Shown: positions 29,240 through 38,057 of the stretch, in pieces
Layout: the number at the start of each line of letters is the position of its first letter
Position numbering within the stretch: position 1 is the stretch's first letter
Source: Azonexus sp.
GTDB lineage: Bacteria > Pseudomonadota > Gammaproteobacteria > Burkholderiales > Rhodocyclaceae
Assembly (NCBI GenBank): GCA_046297855.1
Contig: JBKBHB010000017.1
Location: 5,334-69,333, forward strand
DNA: 64,000 nucleotides
Reading direction: 5' to 3'
Program-made: the position numbers and the translations under genes
Notes under the pieces: model-generated
The model's input: the letters and a program-made list of their open reading frames with translations, nothing else
What the model was told of the DNA's origin: nothing
Databases searched by the model: none

Positions 29240-29840
29240 CAATCTGACCGTCTTCATCGTCGATGACGACCCCTCCGTACGGGATGCCCTCAGCCTGCTG
29301 CTTGGTGTCGAGGATTACCGGGTTGCTGTGTTCGGCGATGCGGAAAGCTTCCTGAAAGCCTACAAGAAAACCTGGCGCGGCTGCCTGCTGCTCGATATCC
29401 GCATGCCCGGCATGGATGGCCTGACGCTGCAGAAGCACCTGAACCAGTTGGGCAGCGACCTGCCGGTCATCGTGATGACCGGCCATGGCGACGTGGCCTC
29501 GGCTCGCGAGGCCTTCCGGGCGATGGCCGTCGATTTCCTGGAAAAGCCGCTCGATCACCGCAAGCTGCTGGCTGCCATCGCCGACGCCTTTGCCCGCCAG
29601 CAAAGCCAGCTCGCTGCCGATCTCAACCGCTCGACCGTCGAGCGCCTCCTCGCCGGGTTGACGCCGCGCGAACGGGAGGTGATGGCCCGTGTGGTGGCCG
29701 GGCAGCATAACCGGGACATTGCCGCCGAGCTCGGCATCAGTCCGCGCACCGTCGAGGTGCACAAGGCACGCATGATGGACAAGCTCGGGGTCGGCAATGT
29801 GGCCGATCTGGTTCGGCTGAACCTGGAACTGCGCGCCTGA
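29232..29840 (+). CDS. FixJ/LuxR-type response regulator
   Basis: REC (VDDD, LDIRMPGMDG, FLEKP) plus LuxR HTH (LTPRE.EV, ISPRTVEVHKARMM.KL). Confidence 0.95.
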   Translation: MSDNLTVFIVDDDPSVRDALSLLLGVEDYRVAVFGDAESFLKAYKKTWRGCLLLDIRMPGMDGLTLQKHLNQLGSDLPVIVMTGHGDVASAREAFRAMAVDFLEKPLDHRKLLAAIADAFARQQSQLAADLNRSTVERLLAGLTPREREVMARVVAGQHNRDIAAELGISPRTVEVHKARMMDKLGVGNVADLVRLNLELRA

Positions 29841-29855
29841 GCGGCGCGCCGCGAC

Positions 29856-30407
29856 TCAATGGCCCGTTGCCGGGCCGGAGAGCAGGAAGTCCACGCGGCG
29901 CACGGCTTTCCGGCAAGCGGCGTTGCGGCAATTGGCCGGCGCCTGCTCGTCCCCCAAGACCCGCTTGCGGATCTGGTAGGCGGCCACGCCCTGTTTTTTC
30001 AACGCGCGGGCGACCGCGCCGATCCGGGCATCGGCCACGGCCAGGTTGAAGGACGGGCTGCCGTTGTCGTTGGCATGTCCGACCAGGGTGACGGTCAGCC
30101 GCCGGTCGGCCAGCAGGCGGCTGGCCAGCGGCTGGAGCTTGCGTCGTTCAGCCGCAGCGAGGGTACTCGACCCCGGCGAAAAGAAGATGCTTTCCTCCGG
30201 GTCGGCCGGCAAGCCCGCGCCAAGATTTGCCGCGGGTGGCGCGGCCGGTGGCATGGCCTGGCTGGCGGCCTCCGGCGGAACGATGGCCGGGCCGGGCGCC
30301 GCCATCGTGTCGGCCGCTTTCTCCGGCAGCCGGTGGCCGGCACATCCGCCCAGCAGGGCAACGATGAGCAGGGCGGCGGCGCCCGGCAGGTTGGGGCTAT
30401 TCCGCAT
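29856..30407 (-). CDS. OmpA-family lipoprotein
   Basis: Lipobox LGGC; OmpA C-terminal domain (IFF..GSS.L, GHAN..G...FNL....R, RRVDF). Likely start ATG 30407. Confidence 0.8.
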   Translation of the reverse strand: MRNSPNLPGAAALLIVALLGGCAGHRLPEKAADTMAAPGPAIVPPEAASQAMPPAAPPAANLGAGLPADPEESIFFSPGSSTLAAAERRKLQPLASRLLADRRLTVTLVGHANDNGSPSFNLAVADARIGAVARALKKQGVAAYQIRKRVLGDEQAPANCRNAACRKAVRRVDFLLSGPATGH

Positions 30408-30888
30408 GGCGCACCATCTCCGCCAAGGGAATCCGGGCGAACTGTTCATCCGTTTCCTGCAGATGGTCGATCAGTTCAGCTAGATTGATATGCAATGTTT
30501 TCAGGGCGACCTCGGGCAGGCTGGCCAGCGCCGCCGGCAGCACGCCTTCGGCCGGGCCGGGCAGGCGTGCGATAAGTGCCCGGCCGCTGGCCGCAAGGAT
30601 CAGCCCGACCCGGCGCCGGTCGTTGGCCGCCTTCTGTTTTTCCAGATAGCCCTGGCCGACCAGCCGGTCCACCAGTTGGCTGCAGGTGGACTGGTGGATG
30701 CCCAGGCGCTGGGCGAGTTCGGTGACGCCGATGGCGGGGGTGCGCTCGACTTCCTGGAGGATCCACATCTGGCTGCCGGGCAGGCCGCAGCATTGTTCGA
30801 GGGTGCGGAAATATTGCCGCATGGTGCCGTAGATGACGCGAAATTGCTGCAGTACTTCGAGGGTCAGGCGAGGGGGGTGGGATTTCAT
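30397..30888 (-). CDS. MarR family transcriptional regulator
   Basis: wHTH: ELAQRLGIHQSTCSQLVDRLV..GY; D.RR..L.L...G motif. Confidence 0.92.
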   Translation of the reverse strand: MKSHPPRLTLEVLQQFRVIYGTMRQYFRTLEQCCGLPGSQMWILQEVERTPAIGVTELAQRLGIHQSTCSQLVDRLVGQGYLEKQKAANDRRRVGLILAASGRALIARLPGPAEGVLPAALASLPEVALKTLHINLAELIDHLQETDEQFARIPLAEMVRHAE

Positions 30889-30916
30889 GGGAATTGCACG
30901 AATCAGGTGCGGGAAT

Positions 30917-30935
30917 TATATTGGTAAGCAATGTA
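30917..30935. promoter_or_regulatory. Candidate MarR operator TATATTG-GTAAG-CAATGTA
   Basis: AT-rich inverted repeat (6 of 7 pairs) in the marR / C26 hydrolase divergent spacer. Confidence 0.5.
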
Positions 30936-31039
30936 GTATCCAAGCGTCCGCTCCGGCCCCCCGTTTTCTGCGAGGCCAGGCGGTGGCCGCCGCAGCCTGC
31001 CGCCCTTCCGGCCGCAATCAATCGACAAGGAGTTTCACG

Positions 31040-31822
31040 GTGGCAAGACGTCCGTTACGCATCGGCCTCTCGGCCCGGATCTACCATCCCCAGCCCGGGG
31101 CAACCGGTTTGCAGTCCAAGTCGCTGCATTACCTCGAACAGTCGGTGGCCCACTGGGTGATGTCGCGCGAGGTGATGGTCTTCATGATTCCATCGGTAAG
31201 CGGCGATGGCCTGCTGCACCGGAGCAGCATCCGCCTGTCCGACTACCCGCAGTATCTCGACGGCCTGGTCCTGCAGGGCGGGGCCGACATCAGCCCGCAA
31301 TCCTACGGCGAGGAGCCCGTGCAGCCGGAGTGGGCGGGCGACCGCCTGCGCGACGCCTACGAGATGGAACTGCTGCACGAGTTCATGGAGGCCGGCAAGC
31401 CGGTGCTCGGCATCTGTCGTGGCGCCCAGCTGATCAACGTGGCGCTGGGCGGCACGTTGTACCAGGATATCGCGACCCAATACGACCAGCCGGACATCCA
31501 CGTTCACGCCGATTACGACAAGTACGCCCATGCCATTGCCTGGGAAGCCGGCGGCAGCCTGGGCAAGCTCTATCCCGAGCAAGCCGGCGGGCGGGTGGTT
31601 TCCATCCACCATCAGGCGATCAAGGCGGTCGGCAAGGGCTTGCGGGTCGAGGCGCGCAGCGTTGCGGACGGCCTGATCGAGGCCGTTCGCCTCGAAGGCA
31701 AGCCCTATGTCCTCGGCTTGCAGTGGCATCCGGAATTCCATCCGCCGGGCAGCCCGGACCTGCTGAACTGTACGCCCATTCTGGACGAATTCCTCAACGC
31801 GGCGCGGGGCCGGCGATGGTGA
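31040..31822 (+). CDS. Gamma-glutamyl-gamma-aminobutyrate hydrolase family (peptidase C26, class I GATase)
   Basis: DGL.LQGG.D, GICRGAQ (Cys nucleophile), HHQA and QWHPE (His-Glu) motifs. AAGGAG RBS before GTG 31040. Confidence 0.92.
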   Translation: MARRPLRIGLSARIYHPQPGATGLQSKSLHYLEQSVAHWVMSREVMVFMIPSVSGDGLLHRSSIRLSDYPQYLDGLVLQGGADISPQSYGEEPVQPEWAGDRLRDAYEMELLHEFMEAGKPVLGICRGAQLINVALGGTLYQDIATQYDQPDIHVHADYDKYAHAIAWEAGGSLGKLYPEQAGGRVVSIHHQAIKAVGKGLRVEARSVADGLIEAVRLEGKPYVLGLQWHPEFHPPGSPDLLNCTPILDEFLNAARGRRW

Positions 31823-31865
31823 GGGCGGCCTTGCCCATCTGGCGCCGCATGGCCGGACAGCGGAC

Positions 31866-33134
31866 ATGATCGAACGCCTCCTCGCCCCGCTGCGCAGCCT
31901 ATGGGAAAGCCTGATCGAGCGCCTGCTCTTCCTGCCGCCTTTTCCGGAAAGCATCGATTCGCTGGCCCTGTTCAGCCTGCTGCTCGTTGTCGGCCTGCTG
32001 ATCGGCGAGTGGCTGCATGCCCATCTCCGCTGGCCGAAGGTCATCGGCTACGTGCTGGCCGGCATCGTGTTCGGGCCGTCGGCGCTCGGCTGGATCAGCA
32101 TCGAGGCGCTGGCCCAGGCCCGGCCGATTGCCGATGCGGCGCTCGGCCTGCTGATGATGGAGGTCGGGCGGCGCCTCGACCTGCGCTGGCTGCACCGCAA
32201 CCCGGAATTGCTGCGCAGCACGCTGGCCGACATTGCGCTGTCCTTTGCGCTGATCTTCGCCTTCGCGCTCTGGCTGGTCGGCCTGTCGCCGGCCTGGGCG
32301 GCGGCCACCGCCGCGGTCACGATGGCCTCGGCGCCGGCCGTGGTGTTGCTGACCATCGAGGAGTCGCGCGCCCAGGGGCAGGTGACGGAGCGCATCATCC
32401 TGCATACCGCAATCGGCTCGGCTGCCTCCTTCATTGCCTTCGCCTTCGTGCTCGGCATCGTTCATGCCGAACTGAGCGAAGACTGGCTCAATGCCGTCGT
32501 CCATCCGCTCTGGGTGGTAGCCGGTGCCGTGCTGATCGGCGGCTTGGGCTGCTGGCTGGCACTGTTCATCGCCCGGGCGCTGCCCAAGCGCTCGCTGGCC
32601 CAGGTTTTCGTCCTCGTCGCCTCTGCCCTGCTCGCCGTGGGCATCGCCCGGATGCTGGCTGTGCCGGTTTTCCTGACGCTTTTTCTGATGGGGGTCTTGC
32701 TGGCGGCTCGCGACCAGCGGCAAATACTGCGCTATACCAACCTGCCGGAAGGTCACTGGCTGCTCGCCATCGTGCTCTTTGTCATTGTCGGCGCCTCCTT
32801 GCCGTGGCAGGAATTCACCTGGCAGGCCGGCCTGCAGGCGCTCGGCCTGCTGCTTGTCCGGGCTGCCGCCAAGGCCGCCGCGCTGGCCGGGGCGGGCGGC
32901 AGCCTGCCGCTGCCCAAGCGTCTGCTGGTGGGGGTCGGCATTCAGCCGCTGTCGGCGACGGCGGTGTTCATGGCGTATGAAATCGCCGGGCTGTATCCGG
33001 AAGTCGGCCGTTCGGCGCTGGCTCTGCCGCTTTTTGCGGCGGCGATGATGGAATTGCTCGGGCCGGCCCTCTGCCGGCTGGCTCTCGGCCGATCCGGCGA
33101 ATGCGGCGCCGGCGGAAAGGGAGGCCTCGCATGA
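31866..33134 (+). CDS. Cation:proton antiporter (CPA2-like) lacking a KTN/RCK domain
   Basis: About 12-13 TM helices; P...GY.L.G...GPS.LG N-terminal motif; ends right after the last helix. Confidence 0.85.
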   Translation: MIERLLAPLRSLWESLIERLLFLPPFPESIDSLALFSLLLVVGLLIGEWLHAHLRWPKVIGYVLAGIVFGPSALGWISIEALAQARPIADAALGLLMMEVGRRLDLRWLHRNPELLRSTLADIALSFALIFAFALWLVGLSPAWAAATAAVTMASAPAVVLLTIEESRAQGQVTERIILHTAIGSAASFIAFAFVLGIVHAELSEDWLNAVVHPLWVVAGAVLIGGLGCWLALFIARALPKRSLAQVFVLVASALLAVGIARMLAVPVFLTLFLMGVLLAARDQRQILRYTNLPEGHWLLAIVLFVIVGASLPWQEFTWQAGLQALGLLLVRAAAKAAALAGAGGSLPLPKRLLVGVGIQPLSATAVFMAYEIAGLYPEVGRSALALPLFAAAMMELLGPALCRLALGRSGECGAGGKGGLA

Positions 33135-34255
33135 GCGGCCAAGGACTGGAACACTTCAAGGACAGCGCGCCGCTGTCGCTTGGCGTCGAACTCGAACTCC
33201 AGCTGGTCTCCCGGCCCGATTTCGATCTGACGCGGGGCGCCACCGACCTGCTTGGCAGCCTCGATTACGACGGCCGCTTCGGTGAAATCAAGCTGGAAAT
33301 CACCGAAAGCATGATCGAGATCAGCACCCGGGCGCAGCCGACGGTCGAGGGCATCGCGGCCGACCTGGCTGGCCTGCGCGACACGCTGCGCCAGCATGGC
33401 GAGCGCAACAACATCGGCATCTGCGGCGGCGGCACCCATCCCTTCCACCATTGGCCGGACCGCCGGATCTGCCCGGGCGACCGCTTCAGCAGCCTGTATC
33501 AGCGCTACGGCTACCTGGCCAAGCAGTTCACGGTGTTCGGCCAGCATATCCATGTCGGCTGCACGTCGGCGGATGAGGCCATCTGGCTGACCCAGGCCCT
33601 TGGCGTCCATGTCCCGGCCTTCATAGCCCTGTCGGCCGCGTCGCCCTTCGTCGATGGCGAGGACAGTTTCTACCAGTCGGCCCGTCTCAACGCGGTATCG
33701 GCCTTCCCGCTCAGCGGGCAGTGCCCGCCGCTGGATGACTGGCCGGCTTTCTGCCGCCATTTCGAATTCCTGCAGGCCTGCGGCATCGCGCAGGGCATCA
33801 AGGATTTGTACTGGGATGTGCGGCCAAAACCCGAGTTCGGCACGGTCGAGATTCGTGTCTGCGATACCCCGCTGAGCATTGAGCAGGCAGTCGCCCTGGC
33901 CGCCTTTGCCCAGTCGCTGGCGCGCTGGCTGCTGCGCACGCGGCCGCCGCTGCATACCGACAGGCAGGCCCATGTTGCCCGCTACAACAAGTTCCAGGCC
34001 TGCCGCTACGGCTTCGATGCACGCATTTCCGACCCGGTCGGGCTTGGCCAGCAGCCCTTGCGGCAGACGCTGGCCCCGCTGCTCGAGGCGATTTCCGAAG
34101 ACGCCCGAGCGCTCGGTTGCCTGCACTGGCTGAATCCATTGAAGCAGCAGCTCGCCGAGGGGGCGGGCGATGCGGCCTGGCTGCGGGCGCGTTTCCGGGA
34201 ACAGGGCAACCTGAACGATGTGGTGCGCGAAGCCAGCGAACGGCTGATGCGCTGA
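33131..34255 (+). CDS. ybdK: YbdK-family carboxylate-amine ligase (GCS2, glutamate--cysteine ligase-like)
   Basis: GVELELQL, EITESMIE, GGGTHPF, FGQHIHVG, ALSA.SPF and WDVRPKP.FGT.EIRVCD motifs. ATGA overlap with the antiporter. Confidence 0.93.
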   Translation: MSGQGLEHFKDSAPLSLGVELELQLVSRPDFDLTRGATDLLGSLDYDGRFGEIKLEITESMIEISTRAQPTVEGIAADLAGLRDTLRQHGERNNIGICGGGTHPFHHWPDRRICPGDRFSSLYQRYGYLAKQFTVFGQHIHVGCTSADEAIWLTQALGVHVPAFIALSAASPFVDGEDSFYQSARLNAVSAFPLSGQCPPLDDWPAFCRHFEFLQACGIAQGIKDLYWDVRPKPEFGTVEIRVCDTPLSIEQAVALAAFAQSLARWLLRTRPPLHTDRQAHVARYNKFQACRYGFDARISDPVGLGQQPLRQTLAPLLEAISEDARALGCLHWLNPLKQQLAEGAGDAAWLRARFREQGNLNDVVREASERLMR

Positions 34256-34277
34256 ATAACCAAAACGGAGAATCGAA

Positions 34278-35534
34278 ATGCGTTGCCGCTGGTCCTTTGT
34301 TCTCTTTCTGCTCTCGCTGTCGCCGGCTCTCCCGGCGGCGACGCCTGCCTGCCAGTTCGACAGGCTACCGGCCGGCGCGCAGCAGCTCGGGCCGTGGATC
34401 GACCGGAGCAACTGGCTGGCCATCGAGCACCAGCGCCTGACGCTGCAGGCGGCGACCAGCTTCATGCCGGCCTGGCGTCTCGTCCCGCCCGCCGACCGGC
34501 CCGCCGTGCCGCCGGTCGAACGTTCGCTGGACGATTGGCCGGCGGTCGATCCCTATGACGGCCAGGCGCGCGGCCTGGGCTTCCTGCTCGACAGCCGGTT
34601 GGCCGCCGACGGTGTCGTCGTGCTGCGCAACGGCCAGATCGTCGCCGAGCGCTACCGCAACGGCCTGCTGCCCGACCGGCCACGCCTGCTGCTCGATGCG
34701 ACGCGCCCGCTGCTCAACCTGCTGGGGGCGATGAGCATCAACCAGGGCAAGCTCGCTGCCGACAAATCGGTCTCCCGCTACATTCCCGCACTCGCTGCTT
34801 CGGGCAGCTTGCGCAAGATAGCGCTCCAGCGCCTGCTCGATGACGACGAGCGGCACATCTGGAGCCCGGCCGAACTCGCCGCCTGGCAGCAGGCCGCCGG
34901 TTGGCGCAAAGGCGCCAGCGGCAATGGCCTGCGCGCCTGGCTGGCGGAGCCGGGGCGCTGGGATAAACCGCTTGCCGACGTGCCGGATGCCCGCGCCATG
35001 GCCACCCCGGATGATGACCTGCTCGCCTGGGCCCTGGCCGAAAGCAACGCCGTGCCGCTGGCCACGCTTTTTTGCGAGCAGCTGCTGCGCCGTGCGCAGC
35101 CGGAACATGCGGTGTTGTGGCTGAGCGACGCCCGGGGAGTCGAATTGGCCAACGGCCTCGGCCTCTCGCTGCGCGACTTCGCCCGGCTGGGCCAGCTTTT
35201 CGTCGAAGCCCGTGGCAGCCGCAGCCGGGCGAGGATCCCGGGCTGGTTCATCGAAACCCTGCTTGCGCCGTCCAGCCCGCACAGCGCGGAGATCAAGGGG
35301 CTCAGCAAGGGCAGCGCGCGGCGTTACGGTTTCGTGCATCTCGGGGGGGCGGCCAACCGCGTCGCCCTCATCGGCACGCACGGCACCAGCCTCTATATCG
35401 ACGTCGACAAGCGCTTGGTCATCGCCACCTTCGCCAGCCACCCCCAGGCCTATGCCCCTGCCACGCTGGCCGTGCTCGAAGAGACCTGGAAGAGCATCGA
35501 GCGCGGTGTGGTGCCGGTCAAAAAGGCGAAGTAG
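34278..35534 (+). CDS. Secreted beta-lactamase/NylB-fold protein with degenerate active site
   Basis: Signal peptide; DGVVVLRNGQIVAERY, RYIPAL, GLSLRDFARLGQL and G..G..LYID motifs; SxxK position reads DATR. Confidence 0.75.
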   Translation: MRCRWSFVLFLLSLSPALPAATPACQFDRLPAGAQQLGPWIDRSNWLAIEHQRLTLQAATSFMPAWRLVPPADRPAVPPVERSLDDWPAVDPYDGQARGLGFLLDSRLAADGVVVLRNGQIVAERYRNGLLPDRPRLLLDATRPLLNLLGAMSINQGKLAADKSVSRYIPALAASGSLRKIALQRLLDDDERHIWSPAELAAWQQAAGWRKGASGNGLRAWLAEPGRWDKPLADVPDARAMATPDDDLLAWALAESNAVPLATLFCEQLLRRAQPEHAVLWLSDARGVELANGLGLSLRDFARLGQLFVEARGSRSRARIPGWFIETLLAPSSPHSAEIKGLSKGSARRYGFVHLGGAANRVALIGTHGTSLYIDVDKRLVIATFASHPQAYAPATLAVLEETWKSIERGVVPVKKAK

Positions 35535-35574
35535 ACTGCGTTTTTGTACGGCAAGATCAGGAGACGGAGACGCC

Positions 35575-36708
35575 ATGCCGAAACGCCTGTTTTCCCTGTG
35601 GGCCGGGTTGGTGCTTCTCCTGGGCGGCGAGGCCCGGGCCGTCACGCCCACGGTCATCGCCAAGGGCCTCGACCATCCGTGGGCCGTGGCTTTTCTGCCG
35701 GACGGCAATTTCCTCGTCGCCGAGCGGGCGGGAGCGTTGCGCATCGTCGCCGGCAACGGGCAAGTCGGTCCCCCGCTGGGCGGCTTGCCGGCCATCGCGG
35801 TCGGCGGCCAGGGCGGCCTGCTCGATGTCGTGCTCGATAGCGATTTTGCCCGTAACCGTGTGCTTTACTTCTGTTTTTCCGAGCCCGCCCGGTCGGGCAG
35901 TGGCAACAGCACCGCCCTGGCCAGCGCCCGGCTGTCACGGGACATGGCGCAGCTGGAGGCGGTGCACATCCTGTTTTCCCAACGCCCCAAGGTGGCGAGC
36001 GAACTGCACTTCGGTTGCCGTATCGTCGAGAGCCGGAACGCCGACGGGCAGCCGGACGGCAAGCTCTTTCTGACGCTGGGCGAACGCTACAGCCGGCGCG
36101 ACGATGCCCAGCGCCTCGACAATCACCACGGCAAAATCATCCGCCTCAACAAGGATGGCAGTGTACCGGCCGACAACCCCTTCCTCGGTCGACCGGGCGC
36201 CCTGCCGGAAATCTGGAGCTATGGCCACCGCAACCCGCAGGGCGCGGCGCTCAGCCCGCTTGGCGTGCTCTGGATGCATGAGCACGGGCCGCGCGGTGGC
36301 GACGAAATCAACCTGCCGCAAGCGGGGGGCAATTACGGCTGGCCTCTGGTGAGCTTCGGCCGGAACTACGACTTCACGGCGGTCGGCACCGGCCAGTCGG
36401 CCATGGCCGGCACCCTGCCACCCTTGCACCAGTGGACGCCGTCGATTGCGCCTTCCGGCATGGCTTTCGTGACCAGTGAGCGATACGGCAAGGATTGGGT
36501 CGGCAACCTGCTGGTGGGCTCGCTCAAATTCAAGTATCTGGCACGTCTGGTGCTGGAACGCCCGTATGCCGGCAAGGTCGTGAAGGAAACCCGGCTGCTG
36601 GAATCGCTCGGCGAGCGTATTCGGGATGTCCGGCAGGGGCCGGATGGTTTGATCTATGTCGTCACCGACAGCGACGACGGGCGCCTGATTCGGCTGACCC
36701 CGGATTGA
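35575..36708 (+). CDS. PQQ-dependent sugar dehydrogenase (YliI/Asd, GSDH family)
   Basis: GLDHPW..AFLPDG, GQGGLLDV, IWSYGHRNPQG, EHGPRGGDE.N, GGNYGWP and RIRDVRQGPDG motifs. Likely start ATG 35575. Confidence 0.93.
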   Translation: MPKRLFSLWAGLVLLLGGEARAVTPTVIAKGLDHPWAVAFLPDGNFLVAERAGALRIVAGNGQVGPPLGGLPAIAVGGQGGLLDVVLDSDFARNRVLYFCFSEPARSGSGNSTALASARLSRDMAQLEAVHILFSQRPKVASELHFGCRIVESRNADGQPDGKLFLTLGERYSRRDDAQRLDNHHGKIIRLNKDGSVPADNPFLGRPGALPEIWSYGHRNPQGAALSPLGVLWMHEHGPRGGDEINLPQAGGNYGWPLVSFGRNYDFTAVGTGQSAMAGTLPPLHQWTPSIAPSGMAFVTSERYGKDWVGNLLVGSLKFKYLARLVLERPYAGKVVKETRLLESLGERIRDVRQGPDGLIYVVTDSDDGRLIRLTPD

Positions 36709-36795
36709 GCGACGAGTCTGACGCGGCAGGAGGCTCCGGGGAATACCTGGCCACCGGCCCCAACTGCCAATGGAAAACGGATTACGAAAGGCATC

Positions 36796-37944
36796 ATGGA
36801 AAACTTCACTTTTTTCAACCCGACCCGGATCGAATTTGGTGTCGACAAGGAAAGGCTGATTGGCGAGCGGCTGGCCCGGCATGGCGTCCGGAAGGTGCTG
36901 CTCTGCTACGGCAGTGAGCGCATCAAGCGCGACGGCCTGTTCGCTACCGTGACGCAGTGCCTGGCCGAGCAGGGCATTGGCGTGGTCGAACTGGGCGGCA
37001 TCGTCAGCAACCCGCTCCTTTCCAAGGTGCGGCAAGGCGTTGCCCTGGCCCGCGCAGAGCAGGTGGATGCCATACTCAGCGTCGGTGGCGGTTCCGTGCT
37101 CGACAGCGCCAAGGCCATTGCCGCCGGCGTCGTGCATGCCGGCGATGTCTGGGCATTGTTCACCGGTCAGGCGCGTATCGCCTCGGCCTTGCCCATCTTT
37201 GCCATCCTGACCCTGGCGGCGACCGGGAGCGAAATGAACTGTTCGGCGGTAGTGACCAATGACGAGACCCGGGAAAAGTTCTACATCACCGCGCCGGCGA
37301 TCTATCCCAGGCTGTCCATCGTCAATCCCCGCTTGATGCGGAGCGTGTCGCGGGCGTATCTGGTCTATTCGGCGGCCGATGTGATCGCCCATTGCATCGA
37401 GGCCTATTTCACGGCGACGGTGCATCCCCGCTTGCAGTCGCGGCTGGTCGAAGCGGTGATCAACACCATCATCGAAACGACCGAAACCCTGCTGGCCAAC
37501 CCGGCCGACGACGACGCGCGCGGTGAGTTCGCCTGGGCGGCGACGCTGGCCCTGAACGGGCTGACCTTTTCCGGCTGCGCCGGCTTCGGCTATCCCAACC
37601 ACGCCATCGAGCATTCGCTCTCCGCGCTGTTCGACGTACCGCATGGTGCCGGGCTGTCGGTGGTCATGCCGGCCTGGATGAAGTGGTATCAGGATCGCAA
37701 CCCCGCCCAGTTTGCGCGCTTCGCCCGGCAGGTCTTTGGCCTGGCCAGCGCCGGCGAGGGGATTGCCGCGCTGGAAGCCTGGTTCGACAAGATCGGCACC
37801 CCGACGCGCCTGCCGCAACTCGGTATCCGGGAGCGCGATTTGCCGACGATTGTCGACAACGTCCAGCTCAGTGTGGCGCGCTTTGGGATCGCCGACCAAT
37901 ACCCGCCGGATGTCGTGGCCGACATTTTGCGGCGGGCCTTGTGA
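36796..37944 (+). CDS. Iron-containing alcohol dehydrogenase (YqhD/BdhA-like)
   Basis: F.FFNPTRI.FG, VGGGSV.D.AKAIA, TL.ATGSE.N, H..EH.LSA and HG.GL motifs. Confidence 0.93.
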   Translation: MENFTFFNPTRIEFGVDKERLIGERLARHGVRKVLLCYGSERIKRDGLFATVTQCLAEQGIGVVELGGIVSNPLLSKVRQGVALARAEQVDAILSVGGGSVLDSAKAIAAGVVHAGDVWALFTGQARIASALPIFAILTLAATGSEMNCSAVVTNDETREKFYITAPAIYPRLSIVNPRLMRSVSRAYLVYSAADVIAHCIEAYFTATVHPRLQSRLVEAVINTIIETTETLLANPADDDARGEFAWAATLALNGLTFSGCAGFGYPNHAIEHSLSALFDVPHGAGLSVVMPAWMKWYQDRNPAQFARFARQVFGLASAGEGIAALEAWFDKIGTPTRLPQLGIRERDLPTIVDNVQLSVARFGIADQYPPDVVADILRRAL

Positions 37945-37961
37945 GCCGCCTGGGGCGCGCC

Positions 37962-37988
37962 AAAAAAGAACCCCCACCGGGGTGGGGG
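37962..37988 (-). terminator. Rho-independent terminator after menF
   Basis: Stem CCCCCAC/GTGGGGG (37971-37988) followed by TTCTTTTTT on the minus strand. Confidence 0.7.
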
Positions 37989-38057
37989 CGAGACGGAGAG
38001 AGTTGTATTGCCCGGCCAGTGTGACGGCCGGGCGTGACAGGGATGTGACAGGGAGAG

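Noticed and set aside
38021-38053. Three GTGAC(A/G)GG repeats downstream of menF
   Set aside because: Too short and irregularly spaced to be a CRISPR, iteron or REP array.
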